A stretch of 55,277 nt of DNA, the filler included, from Jimgerdemannia flammicorona (lineage: Eukaryota), in NCBI GenBank assembly GCA_003990765.1. It is 3 parts of 3 records of this genome, joined end to end, with 100 filler letters (N's around TTAATTAATTAA, not from the genome) between each part and the next. Parts side by side here need not be neighbours in the genome. Positions count along the whole stretch, not along the records: positions 18,462 to 36,820 come from RBNJ01002228.1; 2 more parts are not named here. One strand, given 5' to 3'. Shown here in pieces: positions 24,707 through 36,920 of this stretch. The position numbers and the translations under genes were made by a program. Positions within the stretch are counted from its first letter, which is position 1, and each line of letters starts with the position of its first letter. The notes beneath the pieces are model-generated. The model searched no databases. It was given only the letters and a program-made list of their open reading frames with translations, and was not told the origin of the DNA.

Positions 24707-24723
24707 CCAGCCAATGGGCACCA
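24707..24723 (-). promoter_or_regulatory. Primer-binding site (unit 1); second copy at 31944-31960
   Basis: TGGTGCCCATTGGCTGG starts 3 nt after the LTR end ...CATGACA; TGG is complementary to tRNA CCA. Cognate tRNA not identified. Confidence 0.8.
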
Positions 24724-24726
24724 AGT

Positions 24727-26258
24727 TGTCATGTAGTGGTCGCTGAGTCCTTCAAATACGCCAGATTCTCTTCAAGGTGTATCTCTTAGACTAACTCAAG
24801 TTTGTTATAAGCAAGTTCTTATTGGAGTGCCTTCCCAAGGTCTTATAGTCCTCAAACTTCTTATCTTTAACTGTCTTGTTATCTCTTAGATTGCTTGCAA
24901 GAAAGTGTGTATATTGCACTGAGAAGACTGACTTTATTTCAGAGGAAATAAGAGGGGTATTTATACAAAATATAATTCAATAGTTGCTAAGATATGAAGC
25001 TAAATATAAATTCCAATAACTAAAACTACCAAGTTCTAGGGCTGGCATTGATGGTTGTACAGGTTCAGGATGCTGGCATTATTTAGTATCACATCAAAAT
25101 GCCGGTGCTGGAACAATTTCGTGTCACCTCAGAATACCAGTACTGGCATTATCCAGTGTTATATAAGAATACTGGTGCTGGTATTATCTAGTGTAACAAA
25201 GAACTTAGAGCAGAAAGTTCAGGATCATGGGGGCTTCATCATCATCATCACTGAAGGAGATGAGATCTGCGAATTCGTCATATAGGTCACATGTTTCGCA
25301 TATGTCAATGGGATGACATCATCGCCAATGATGTCATCACATTTGGCTGTGGTGGGGAAATCAGGAACAAGGTCTGGAGCTCTCCAGTCTATGAGGTTCT
25401 CTTCCACAAAATAAGGAACAAATGTGGGGTCTTGGGGAGATCTAACCCAGATGCTTGGGCCTTGGAATACTGAGATCAATCCTTGTAGGAATTGATCTAG
25501 GTTGTCCTGGAGGATAGGGTGCCAGAAGTCTTCTACTTCTTCGCTGTTGAGGGTGATAGTGGACTGGGCTTCTGTAGCCACCCTGGCTTCTAGTGTATTG
25601 ATATGGTGAGATGATAGGTCTCTGAAATCTGAGACTCTAATATACTCCAAGTTGGGGATCAACCATAGTACATACCTCAAGATCTGATGAATCTTCTTAG
25701 CTGTCCTTGTTTTGCATATATCCATGGGAGTGGCATCTTGTAGCTCTTGGGTACTGGCCTGTGGAAACTCCTGGCAGAGAAGGTTTCCTATTTCATACTC
25801 CTGCCACATTTGGAGGCATTTGGTAGCAATGGTGATCCTTGTTTCCATTTCACGGCGGTAGAGGATAAAGTAATAAGAGTCTGCAGTACCCAGGTTGACA
25901 CTAGGAGTCCTTCTTGAGCAGGTCCTCATGGCTCTTCTGATGTCTTGGAACATCCTTTCCTCGACCAAGATACCTTGGTAATTCCTTGACCTTGAGGTTT
26001 GGCAGACAGCAGGTATTTTGTTTGTGGTAAGTCTTTGAGCTATTTTGGGATTGATGGTTCTTGTTGGTTGCTGCTACTGTGGCTCCTTGATCCTTCTTTT
26101 ATATTCTTCAGGATGCTTATGCTGTGGTCACAATGACTCACAGTTGGTCATCATTGCTCATCTTATATGCTGTATGATCTTTTTGTACTCTGATCTGGTG
26201 ACTTGTAAGGAAAGGCTGTCTCCTGTGCTGATGTCATCATTCTGGGGTCACTGTTACA
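24727..26258 (-). repeat. Family-1 shared central LTR (1532 bp)
   Basis: TGTAAC...ATGACA termini; PPT at 26259-26268 and PBS at 24707-24723. TATA-like GTATAAATA at 24958-24966, AATAAA at 24933-24938, GCTGGCATT repeats at about 25040-25195. Confidence 0.93.
25205..26016 (-). pseudogene. LTR(U3)-encoded ORF copy b (ATG>ATA; frameshift near 25305)
   Basis: ORF-track 25225-25968 matches copies a and c until 'DDVIP', then shifts frame. Confidence 0.8.
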
Positions 26259-26571
26259 TCTTCCTCCTGAATAAGGGTCTTCCTGAGCATCCTTATTCAT
26301 TGGTCCAGTCCTGAAAAATTTGCTGATCCCATAACCTTGGGCAAGGGGTTGAAAACTGGTGTTTATGGGCTGGTGTCTTCCCTTTGCATTTTGGTGTGAT
26401 GGTGAAGGGTCACTCCCTTCATATAGAGCAAGGGCCTGATTCTGATCTTGACCAATCAGTGGATGGTTCAAACTCCTCTGACTGTGAAAGTCTCACGGAT
26501 GAGTAGTTGCCAGTGCTGTATCCCTTAGAGAATGGTCCAGACAGATAGCCTGCTGGTCACAGGACATGCTG

Positions 26572-29500
26572 TTATGATTCATAGACTAGAACCTCATGGG
26601 TGGTCATCACGTTTTGCTTCTCTTATATAGGTTTATAGTACTTCTTGAGTCTGTTCCTATGTACCGTGGTAGGCAGTATGGTCCCTGAGATTTTTCTAAG
26701 CCAGAAGGTAGTTCCCTTGATATCTTGCACATAGAAGGGTCCTTCTCATTTGGGCTCCAGTTTTCGTGACCATGAGGCTTCTACCATGTTTCAATACAGT
26801 AGAACCTTTTCTCCAAATCGAATGGGTTCTAGGGCCTTGTGATTCTTTTCCACATTCTTCCTTGTCAGTACTTGTAACTTGGTGATGTAATCTTCAGCCT
26901 TCTTTCTGATTTGGTATAGTCTCTGGATTTCTGCATCAACCTGTCTCCAAGTTAGGTCTAGATTTGTGACTGAGGTTTCATTAGAATCTTCTTCTCTGAA
27001 GAGCAGCTCTCTTGGGGTAAAATGTGTGCTCTGTGACTATATATCTCGTAGAACAGAGAGGGCAGTTGGGAGATAGTTATCCCAATTCTCATATGTCTCT
27101 GAGATCTTCGCTAGGATGTTCTTGAGGGTGTTGTTGGTTCTCTCTGTCTGTCCATTTCCTTGAGGGTGGTATGCAGTGGTCTTGATGTGCTGGATCTTGT
27201 ATTTCTGGTATATTATCTCGTGGAATCTATTGACAAATTCTGTGCCGCAGTCTGTTGTTATTTGCTTTGGTGTCTTGTAGCGGCAGATGATTTCTCAGTG
27301 TAGGAAATTAGCTATAGAGAGGGCATTGGCTTCTTGTAATACTCCTGCCTCTATCCATTTGGTGAAGAGGTCTACAATAACTATAATATAGTAGTTTCCT
27401 GATAGTGTTACTGGTAGTGGTCCAATGATATCTATTGCGATGTGGTGGAAGGGGATAGGCTCAATTCTTGATGATCCGGGTGCCTGGTCTTGCTGATCTT
27501 GTTTCTGTTTTTGGCACTTGTCACACCCTTTGACAAATTGGTACAGGTCTTCTTCTATCTTGGGCCACCACATAGTTCTTCTTGCCTTATTGTATGTGTT
27601 GGTTCCTCCTAAGTATCCTTGCTTGCATACTTCCTTCATTACTTGATACTTCTTGTGTTCAGGTATTACTAGCTTTTCTCCTTTTCTAAGTATAGTGTTG
27701 TCTAATTCAAACTGTTTCCAAGTCTGGTTGATGATGGTGATTGTCCAGGGTTCAAGGTGGTTGGGCATCTTCTGCTGCCCAAGGTAGCTGATTAATCCAT
27801 AGTATAGCTCCTTATTCATATTGAATAGTCTTGATGGGGATGTTTTGGGGTGTCCTTGAGAGTGCATCGGCATTGGTGTTGGTCTTTCCTGAGCAGTGCT
27901 TGACAGTACAGTCATACTCTTGCAGCCTGTAGATCCATCTGGTATATATTCCTTTGGAGTTCAGAGTGTGGAATAGCCAGGCAAGAGTGGAATGGTCTGT
28001 TTGAATGGTGAAGTGTTTTCCAGCTAGGTAGTAGTGGAACTTGTCTACTGCCCAAACTACTGCTAAGCATTTAAGATTACATGACTCATAGTTCTGTTCC
28101 GCTCTGTGGGTACCTCAGCTTGCATAGAAGATGAAATATTCATGTCCATCTTTCTTCTGAGCTAGGACCACTCCAAGTCCTATAGTACTCGCGTCTGTCT
28201 GCAGGATGAATTCTAGGTTCCAGTCTGGTCTTCTGAGGATGAGTGCTTGGGTCAACCTGATCTTGAGTTCATTGAAGGTTTCTTGGTACTCCTTGGTCCA
28301 TTTGAATTTGGTCTCCTTCTTCAGTAGCTCATAGATAGGTGCTGCAATGTTGGAGTATCCTTTGGTGAATCTTCTGTAGTAGCTGGACATTCCAAGGAAG
28401 GCATGGACTTCTGTAGTTATTCTGGGTCTTGGGTAGGCTGCAACAGCCTCGATCTTCATGGGGTCTGTATGGATTCCGGTCTGGTTGATGAGGTGTCCTA
28501 GGTAGGCGATTTCTTGAGCTGCAAACTTGCATTTCTTGGGCTTGATGTAGAGGCCATGCTCCTTGAGCCTCTTGAGGGCTAGCTGTATATGATTGACATG
28601 TTCCCATGCAGTGTTGCTGAAGATGATCACATCATCAATATAGACAAAGAGCCATTTTCCAATCTCGTTTCTGAAGACTCTGTTCATCATTCACTGGAAA
28701 CTTGCTAGGGTATTGCACATTCCAAATGGCATTCGCAGATAGATATAGGTGGCATCAGGTGTGATGAAGGCTGATCTCTCACTAGCATCTTGAGTGAGAC
28801 CAATCTGATGGAAGTCTGAGAACAGATCCAAGGTGGTGTAGTATTTGGCTTCGCTTCCAAGAGTGATAAGGATTTCTTGAATATTTGGCAAGGGCTGCCT
28901 ATCCTTCTTGGTGATGGCATTGAGTTTCCTGTAGTCAATGCAGAGTCTTGGTGCAAACTCTCCAGGCTTGCTTCCTTTCTTTGGGGCAAGGACAATGGGT
29001 GAGACCCAGGAGCTGATAGCTTGCTTGATGATTCCAGCTTCTTCTATTTCCTTGAGTTCGGCTCGCAGCTACTCTCTGTAGACAGGTGGTATGGGTCTGG
29101 CTTTCTGGTAGATAGGCTTGGTATCACCAGTGTCAACTTCGTGGTAGTACTTGGGTTCTTGATTATGGATATCCCTAAAGTCTGTAGCAAGTACTCCTTC
29201 ATTCTGGTACAGGATCTTGAGAAGTTGTTCCTCCAGGGGAAAGTTTTCTCCAATGGTATATGTGTGCTTGTTCTGATCCTTATCTTTCTTGTGCTCAAGT
29301 TCAGTAATCTTAGTGGTAGCATAGGCTCCTCTTCCAGTAGATCCAAAGCCTTGTTCTCCTCTCTTGATCTTGATAAGTTCAGTGGCCTCTATGATCTTGG
29401 GCTTCTTGATTTCGTGGATCAGCATCTGGCCAATCCTGTCATGCTTCTTAACTTCGAAGAGAGTGGTGTGGTTGTGATTTCTGACTATGAGAAAAATCTC

Positions 29501-31843
29501 ACCAGTGTAATCAGAGTCAATTAATCCTCCTTCAACTGAGATTTCACTTTTGGCCAGACTGCTCCTGGTCTTGATAATTCCAGCATGGTTTTCTGGCAAC
29601 TTGACTCCAATTCCAGTGCCAAGTAGGGTGGTGGTCTGTGGTTCGAGGGTAGTATCTTGGATGCTGGCAAGGTCCATTCCTATGGCTCCTTCAGTCTTGT
29701 ATTCTGGGATCTTGGCTTCAGGGTGAAACTTCTTGACCTTGAGGGTGATGTCTGATTCTTGTTCCTCCTCATTGTGACTGTCAGCTTGAAGCTCTGGGGG
29801 CTGGTCATCTTCTTCAGCTTTCTTTTTTGCTTCGGCAGCTTCTTGCTCATGTTTCTGTTGGTGGATTTTCCTGACTTCGCTGATACAGGACCAGCAGTCA
29901 TTCAGGTGTTCAGAGCAGTACATTCTAGCACCATGGGGGCATCTTCCTTGAGGGGCATATCCATCAATAATCTTGTTATACCACTGCTCATCTGTGAGCT
30001 TGGGTGTCTTATTCTTGTTCTTGTTCTTGTTCACCGAGTACATGAAGACCTCTGTGTCTTCTTCATCTCCTTCCTCCATGTCTGGCAGAACTCCTTTGTG
30101 GACATTGATAGAAACTTGTACCTTTCTTCCTCTGTAGTTGATCTGCATCTTCTGGGCATTGAGGTCAATGATGGCCTTGGTCTTGTGAAGCCATTGGTTG
30201 CCAATGAGGATATCATAGTTGGTGGCACTTGTAACAATCACATCTACTGGGATGGTAGCTCCTCCTATCTTGATGGGGACTTCTTGGATTTTGCCAAGGG
30301 GGGTAGCTCATGTACCGTCTGCTGTAACATAGACCATCTTGGTGGACTCTTCAATGTCCCAATCTAGGCAGTCAATTGCCTTCTTGCTCATGAGGCATCC
30401 TCTGGCACCAGTATCAATGATGGCATCAAAGATACAGTCTTCAATCTGGCAGGGGGTATAGGCTGATTTCTGGCACTAGTCTTTGGATTCTTTACCTGAG
30501 TTCTCAGATTCTACTTGTGTATTGTGAGCTTCTACAATCTTGTACTCTTGATTCTTGACAGTAGTTGCAAGTCCTACTCTCAACTGCTGTCTAAAGGCAG
30601 GGACTTCAGCTAGCTGCCCAAAAGTGGCATTGACCTTCTGCTCCTTGAGTTCCTTGTAGATGTCATACTGGTAGATCTTCATCTTACGCAGCTTCTGTTC
30701 CTTCTTACTCTCACTTTCTCCTGAGACTGGAGTAGTGCCTTTGATAATTTGGCAGACAGCTTCATCTAACTCCATGTCTTGATCAATCTCCTTGTGTTGG
30801 GTCTTGCTTTGAATAGTGACAGCTGGAGTCTTTTTTGGTCTTCCAACTGGCTTGCTGTTGCCCTTCTTGTCATAGGGCTTGGACTGGGTTCTGGTACCTT
30901 CAGTAGCAGGGTAGAATTCGAGCTCCTCATAGTATTCTTCATCATCAGTGTCACCGATCTCCTCAATGACTACTGCATTGGTTTATTCTCTGATTCTGCT
31001 AGCATTGCTTGGTTGGGCTTTGCATCTTGTTTCGGTCATGCAGCTCTTTGCATAGTGGCCTTCTTCTCCACATCTGAAGCATGTGATATTGCATTCTTCT
31101 GTAGCAGCTACAAATATCTGCACTGGTCTCCTGTTGGTGCTTCGGACTTCTCTAACAACATCACCAAGGTGTGCAGTCATCTCGGTGAACTGCTTGGCAA
31201 GTTCTTCCACTGAGTCAGCTTTGGCTATCTTGGGGGTAGGTGGGGTTGGTTGTCTGTTTACAACTGTGGCAGGTAAGATACTAGTTGGCTTTGATGGCTC
31301 CATCTTTATGCCAGTTATTTTCTCCATTGAGTGTTCAGCAGGGTGTCTGGCAGTCCAATATCTCTGTGCAAAGACCACTTTCTGATCAAGGGTCAGTACA
31401 GCTGGGGTAGACTGAATTGCTAGGACAATTTCAGAGTGAACTCCTTTGAGGAAGGTTGAATCTGCTATTTGTTCCTTGAGGGCATCATCATAGCCAGCCA
31501 AGACAATCTGGTAATAGATTTGGGTATAGAATGAGTTGGAATCTTCATTAAGTCCCTGGCAGATAGTATTGAGTTGATCCTTGAGAGCTTGCTTGATCTC
31601 TTCAGTATAATATGTTGTTCTGAGGAAGGTCTTCATATTGGCAAGTTTGACTGCATCTGCACCAGCAATAGTGGCTACATTAAACTTATTTCTGGCAGGT
31701 CCTCTGAGGCAGACTGGTAGAAGGTCCAATTGAGCATCCACACCAAGGGCTCGTATGGCAGCGAATTGTTCAAAGTCTTCAATGAAGGTCAGGATTGACT
31801 CTTCAGTAGTATATCCATAGAATGTGGGGGGATGCATTTCCAT
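26572..31843 (-). pseudogene. gag-pol polyprotein, unit 2 (full domain set, disrupted)
   Basis: CFRCGEEGHYAKSC zinc knuckle, PR, dUTPase, RT (LCIDYRKLN, MPFG, YIDD), RNase H (LQTDAS), IN (H-H-CxxC, IAIDIIGPLP, GPF). Confidence 0.95.
29328..29749 (-). other. Trimeric dUTPase domain within pol, between protease and RT (truncated second copy 22174-22518)
   Basis: Motifs GAIGMDL, TRSSLA, GGLIDSDYTGEI, DRIGQML and RGEQGFGSTG. Confidence 0.95.
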
Positions 31844-31963
31844 CTTATCTTGAATTCTTGCAGGGGTGACTCTTGTAGTCAGGGTAGTTGTTGTGGGGGT
31901 TGTTCATTTTTCAGCTTAAAAGTGAGAGATTCATCTTGAATCACCAGCCAATGAGCACCAAGT

Positions 31964-33445
31964 TGTCATGTAGTGGTCACTGAGTTCTTCAAATATGCCA
32001 GATTCTCTTCAAGGTGTATCTCTTAGACTAACTCAAGTTTGTTATAAGCAAGTTCTTATTGGAGTACCTTCCCAAGGTCTTATAGTCCTCAAACTTCTTA
32101 TCTTTAACTGTCTTGTTATCTCTTAGATTGCTTGTAAGGAAGTGTGTGTATTGTACTGAGAAGACTGACTTTATTTCAGAAGAAATAAGAGGGATATTTA
32201 TACAAAATATAATTCAATGGTTGCTAAGATACAAAGCTAAATATAAATTCCAATAGCTAAAACTACTAAGTTCCAAGGCTGGCATTATTTAGTGTCACAT
32301 CAAAATACCAATTTCGCATTACCTCAGAATGCTGGTGCTGGCATTATTCAGTATTATATAAGAATACCAGTGCTGGCATTATCTAGTGTAACAAAGAACT
32401 TAGAGCAGAAAGTTCAGGATTATGGGGGCTTCATCATCATCATCACTGAAGGAGATGAGATCCACGAATTTGTCGTTTTTGCGTGCTTTGATGTCACGTG
32501 GGATGACATCATCAATGATGTCATCACATTCGGCTGTGGCAGGAAAATTGGAGACAAGGTCTGGATCTCTCCAGTCTATGAGGTTCTCTTCCACAAAATA
32601 AGGAACAAATGTGGGGTCTTGGGGAGATCTAATCTGGATGCTTGGGCCTTGGAATACTGAGATCAATTCTTGCAGAAATTGATCTGGGTTGTCCTGGAGG
32701 ATAGGGTGCCAGAAGTCTTCTACTTCTTCACTGTTGAGGGTGATAGTGGACTGGGCTTCTGTAGCCACCCTGGCTTCTAGTGTATTGATATGGTGGAATG
32801 ATAGGTCTCTGAAATCTGAGACTCTAATATACTCCAAGTTGGGGATCGACCATGGTGTATGCCTGAAGATCTGATGAATCTTCTTAGCTGTCCTTGTTTC
32901 GCATATATCCATGGGAGTGGCATCTTGTAGCTCTTGGGTGCTGGCCTGTGGGAACTCCCGGTAGAGGAGATTTCCTATTTCATACTTCTGCCACATTTGG
33001 AGGCATTCGGTAGCAATGGTGATCCTTGTTTCCATTTCACGGTGGTAGAGGATAAAGTGATAAGGGTCTGCAGTACCCAGGTTGACACTAGGAGTCCTTC
33101 TTGAGTGGGTCCTCATGGCTCTTCTGATGTCTGGGAACATCCTTTCCTCGACTGAGATACCTTGGTGATTCCTTGACCTTGAGGTTTGGCAGGCAGCAGG
33201 CATTTTGTTTGTGGTAAGTCTTTGAGCTATTTTGGGATTGGTGGTTCTTATTGGTTGCTACTACTACAGTTCCTTGATCCTTCTTTTATATTCTTCAGGA
33301 TGCTTGTGCTGTGGTCACAATGACTCACAGTTGGTCATCATTGCTCATCTCATATACCATATGATCTTTTTGTACTCCAATCTGGTGGCTTATAAGGAAA
33401 GGCTATCTCCTGTGCTGATGTCATCATTCTGGGGTCACCATTACA
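31964..33445 (-). repeat. Family-1 5' LTR (1482 bp)
   Basis: Homology with the other units ends exactly at 33445 (...CCATTACA), the base that abuts the PPT in the other copies. GTATAAATA at 32195-32203; AATAAA at 32170-32175. Confidence 0.93.
32400..33203 (-). CDS. LTR(U3)-encoded ORF, 267 aa, unknown function (copy c)
   Basis: Uninterrupted frame inside the 5' LTR. Confidence 0.8.
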   Translation of the reverse strand: MPAACQTSRSRNHQGISVEERMFPDIRRAMRTHSRRTPSVNLGTADPYHFILYHREMETRITIATECLQMWQKYEIGNLLYREFPQASTQELQDATPMDICETRTAKKIHQIFRHTPWSIPNLEYIRVSDFRDLSFHHINTLEARVATEAQSTITLNSEEVEDFWHPILQDNPDQFLQELISVFQGPSIQIRSPQDPTFVPYFVEENLIDWRDPDLVSNFPATAECDDIIDDVIPRDIKARKNDKFVDLISFSDDDDEAPIILNFLL

Positions 33446-36400
33446 ATATATATACATATATCTCTTTGTTACTATAGACTATAATATTTTTATGAAAAAG
33501 AGATTCTTGCCTATATTTAGAGTATATAGTTTATATATTTAAAATATATAACAGTGGGCTTTATAATATTTCTATAGAGATATATCTCTACATTTTCTTT
33601 TCTTAAGTATATAATATATTATTATTATCTAGTTTGATAGATATAAGATATTCAAAAAACTTATATAGAGAGAATTATTTTCTATATACTGTTATAGACT
33701 ATATAGCTCTTGAATCTATGAGCTAGACTTTATTATTATCAGCTATATTGGTATATTTGATGAGCATAAGGTAGATATTACTACTTTTTATTAATTCAAA
33801 AGTTTTTTGCTAACTAGTTATAGATATCAGATTAGTGATAGAACTAATTGTAGATCTTGTGCTTGCAGAACTAGTAGAGCTTACAATAGATGACAGATTG
33901 GTGGATTTGATAGTAAACTATTATATATATATATTGCTTAAATAAACAATATATTAATATTATTGTCAGTTTCAATAGTATTTATATTATTATACTTCTT
34001 TTTGTCATATCTATACTGGCCTTCTATATTTGATTTTATCTTCTCTTTTCTTTGATAGTAATTATTCTATATATATCCATACTTACTATAGTAATGATAA
34101 TTACTATCAAACTTAGCTAAATTATAATTTTGTCTTTACCAATTTTATTCTTACTAGTATTTCTTACAATATTTGTACAATCTGTAGAATGGTCTTTTGT
34201 TATCATCAGAAATATTTCCTTAGTATATTTTTTCATTAATGAGACTCATTATTATATAAGCATAGTTTATAAGCTTGTCACCCTCATATATAGCTATAAT
34301 GATAACATTATATACTTCTGAGAGACCTCTTATAAATACTGCAATTTTGTCTTTATCTTTTGTGTAATCTATGAATATACTATAAGAATTCTCCTAATTC
34401 ACTAAATTATTGATACAATCAGTATATATACTTACAGATATTCTTCTTATTATTAGGCTTTATTTGTAGATTAAATAACTGAGATTTTAGATAAAATTAA
34501 TTTAATATAGATACTTATATATAATGATTAAATATATCTTCTCATTCCATATGAGCTATTATAGTATACATTATATGCTTTATTTATAAGTTTGACAATA
34601 TATATATAATCTTATGTAATACTAAGTTATTTTTTGTAGTATTATAATCTAGAATTTATACTTATAGTTTCATATACTCTATTAAGCTATATTTATCAAA
34701 AAGATTCATTATATGGAATATCTAAATAGTATAATCTTTTCTATCAAAGATTGGGATAGATCTCTTAGCTGAACTTATAAAATAGAAACTGTGTTTTCTA
34801 TTATAATATCTATATCAGTAGCTATATTATATATTGTAATATACTGGCTCAATAGAGACAAATTAAAAGATTGAGAGTTAATATAATTTGGGTAAAGCCC
34901 CTAGTTACTTTATTAAAAAGCAATAAAATATTCTAAAATTCCTGGTATCCTTATTGGTATTTAGTAGTATAATGGTCAAGTCTAGATATAATGGTTAAAT
35001 TCCTTATTAGAAATGGTTCTTAGATATGAGTAGTAATTTATATGATTTTCTTCTTGAGTAGCAGATAATCTTGATATAATATGGTGAATTTGGTGAGATT
35101 TCTTAATAAGTAGATTGGTTGATAACTTGGTTTGGCACTAATTCTTTTATGTTAGTAGACTTCTCAAATAATTTAGATAATAGATAACTTGATAACTTAG
35201 ATATAGATAACTCAATAACTTGGATAGTACAGATTTTCCTAGCAAAGTTACATTAAAGACTGGCTTTATTTGTATGAGGTCATGTTATGGGGTAAGCGTC
35301 ACTATGAAGTTGCATTAGATAGACTAGCTTTATATTGGAGAATATAGGTGGGCTTTTTCTAAATAGCAGGGATTTTTGAGCAAAGTTGCATCAAAGACTA
35401 ACTTTATTTGTATAAACTATATTCACTATAAGGTTGTATTGAATAGACTGACTTTTGGCAAGATAGACTTTACTTGAAAATAGTAACTTTTTTCTTAAGT
35501 AGTGGATCACTCAAATTATAGTAAAGTTCTTTACTCAAACTTAGTAGATTTCGTAGGAAAATATATGACAGATTTCTCTTCTAAATTAGTCTGGCAAGTT
35601 TACCAATCAATCTTTAAATTGAAAAGTAGACTGAAGCCAAAAATGTGTTTGGAATTTTAGACTGTGATTTATTCACTCTTGTCTCTAGAATATTTTATAT
35701 AAGTTAGTTGCTATATAGTTACTGTATAGCTAACTATAGAATGTTATTTATAGCAGGTGTTCAGTGTTCTGGTCTAATACAGTATATTGGTCTGGTACAG
35801 TATACTTGTTCAGTACATATGCTGATCTAGTATAGATAAATATACCCTATCTAGTATTTCTGACTAATTATATAAGTTAGTATAGTAAAGCAGTCTTGAT
35901 TGTCTAGTATACTTATTATGATATATAGCTATTTTATAATTCAGATACTATGATATCTACTGCTCATTATATCAGCCTCTACTAAAGAATGTTCAGCTCT
36001 GGACTATCCTTTAGTCATCATTTCAATATTTATAAGTATTTTTAGTATTAATATCTGAACTATTATCTTTATTTATATCTAAGTCACTTTATTCTATAAG
36101 CTCTTCTTCTTCTGGGAACAGGATTTTGATATAATTAATAATTCTTAAGTAGGTGACTAGACTTATTTCTTATATATTATATTTATAAAGAGAACTGTGT
36201 CTGCATTAATGCTGTAATATTTTATTTATAAAGTATATATAATCAGTCTGCAGCAATGGGGTTTTTCTGTCAGGTCCATGGTGATTCTAATATAGATCTA
36301 CTTGGGAGCTGAGAGCTTCTACAACTATTTATCAATTACATTGTAGACTATAGTTAGTAGACTTATAGAAAGTTTCTGGTCAAGATGATATTCTATTAAT

Positions 36401-36820
36401 AAATTTGAATTTACAGACAGGAGTTTCCATTGGCTTGGCAGAATTGAGATAGAGAAACTGGGAGTGATTGGAATGAACTAACAACAAGGGTCTGGAGACA
36501 TTGGCCAATCCTTTGGTTTATATTATAGAAAGAGATATAGTTTCAGTCAATTAATATATACTAGAGTCCTCAGAGAATATCAATATATACTTCTTATATA
36601 GATGCTTATTCTTTAGATATTGTATACAAGATAAGATCCTTCTCATTTGGGTTTCAGTTTAGTGGCAAGTTATTTCAATTATACTTCTCTAAACTAGTAC
36701 TTGATCTCCAATCTTGATCTTCTGATCTATCTGTTTCTAATTATAGTACTTCTTTTAACTATCTTGGGCCTTGATGATCTGGGCTTAGGCTTGATTATAT
36801 TTTTTTTTTTTTTTTTTTTT

Positions 36821-36920
36821 NNNNNNNNNNNNNNNNNNNNNNNNNNNNNNNNNNNNNNNNNNNNTTAATTAATTAANNNNNNNNNNNNNNNNNNNNNNNN
36901 NNNNNNNNNNNNNNNNNNNN
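36821..36920. other. Assembly gap with artificial linker, poly-T on both sides
   Basis: N-runs around TTAATTAATTAA. Confidence 0.97.

Larger units (their letters stand above)
18746..33445 (-). mobile_element. Tandem Ty3/Gypsy array (family 1): LTR-internal-LTR-internal-LTR, dUTPase-bearing, no chromodomain
   Basis: Two colinear gag-PR-dUTPase-RT-RH-IN units, three LTR copies, two PBS and two PPT. Confidence 0.95.

Noticed and set aside
25190..25200. Alternative short LTR ending at ...GTAACA (25198)
   Set aside because: No PPT there; the PPT and the homology break at 33445 both support the 1.5-kb LTR.
33446..36800. AT-rich block with short repeats (35110-35480) and a faint integrase-like 'ITMD' near 36280
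   Set aside because: Probably decayed TEs, but too degraded to assign by eye.
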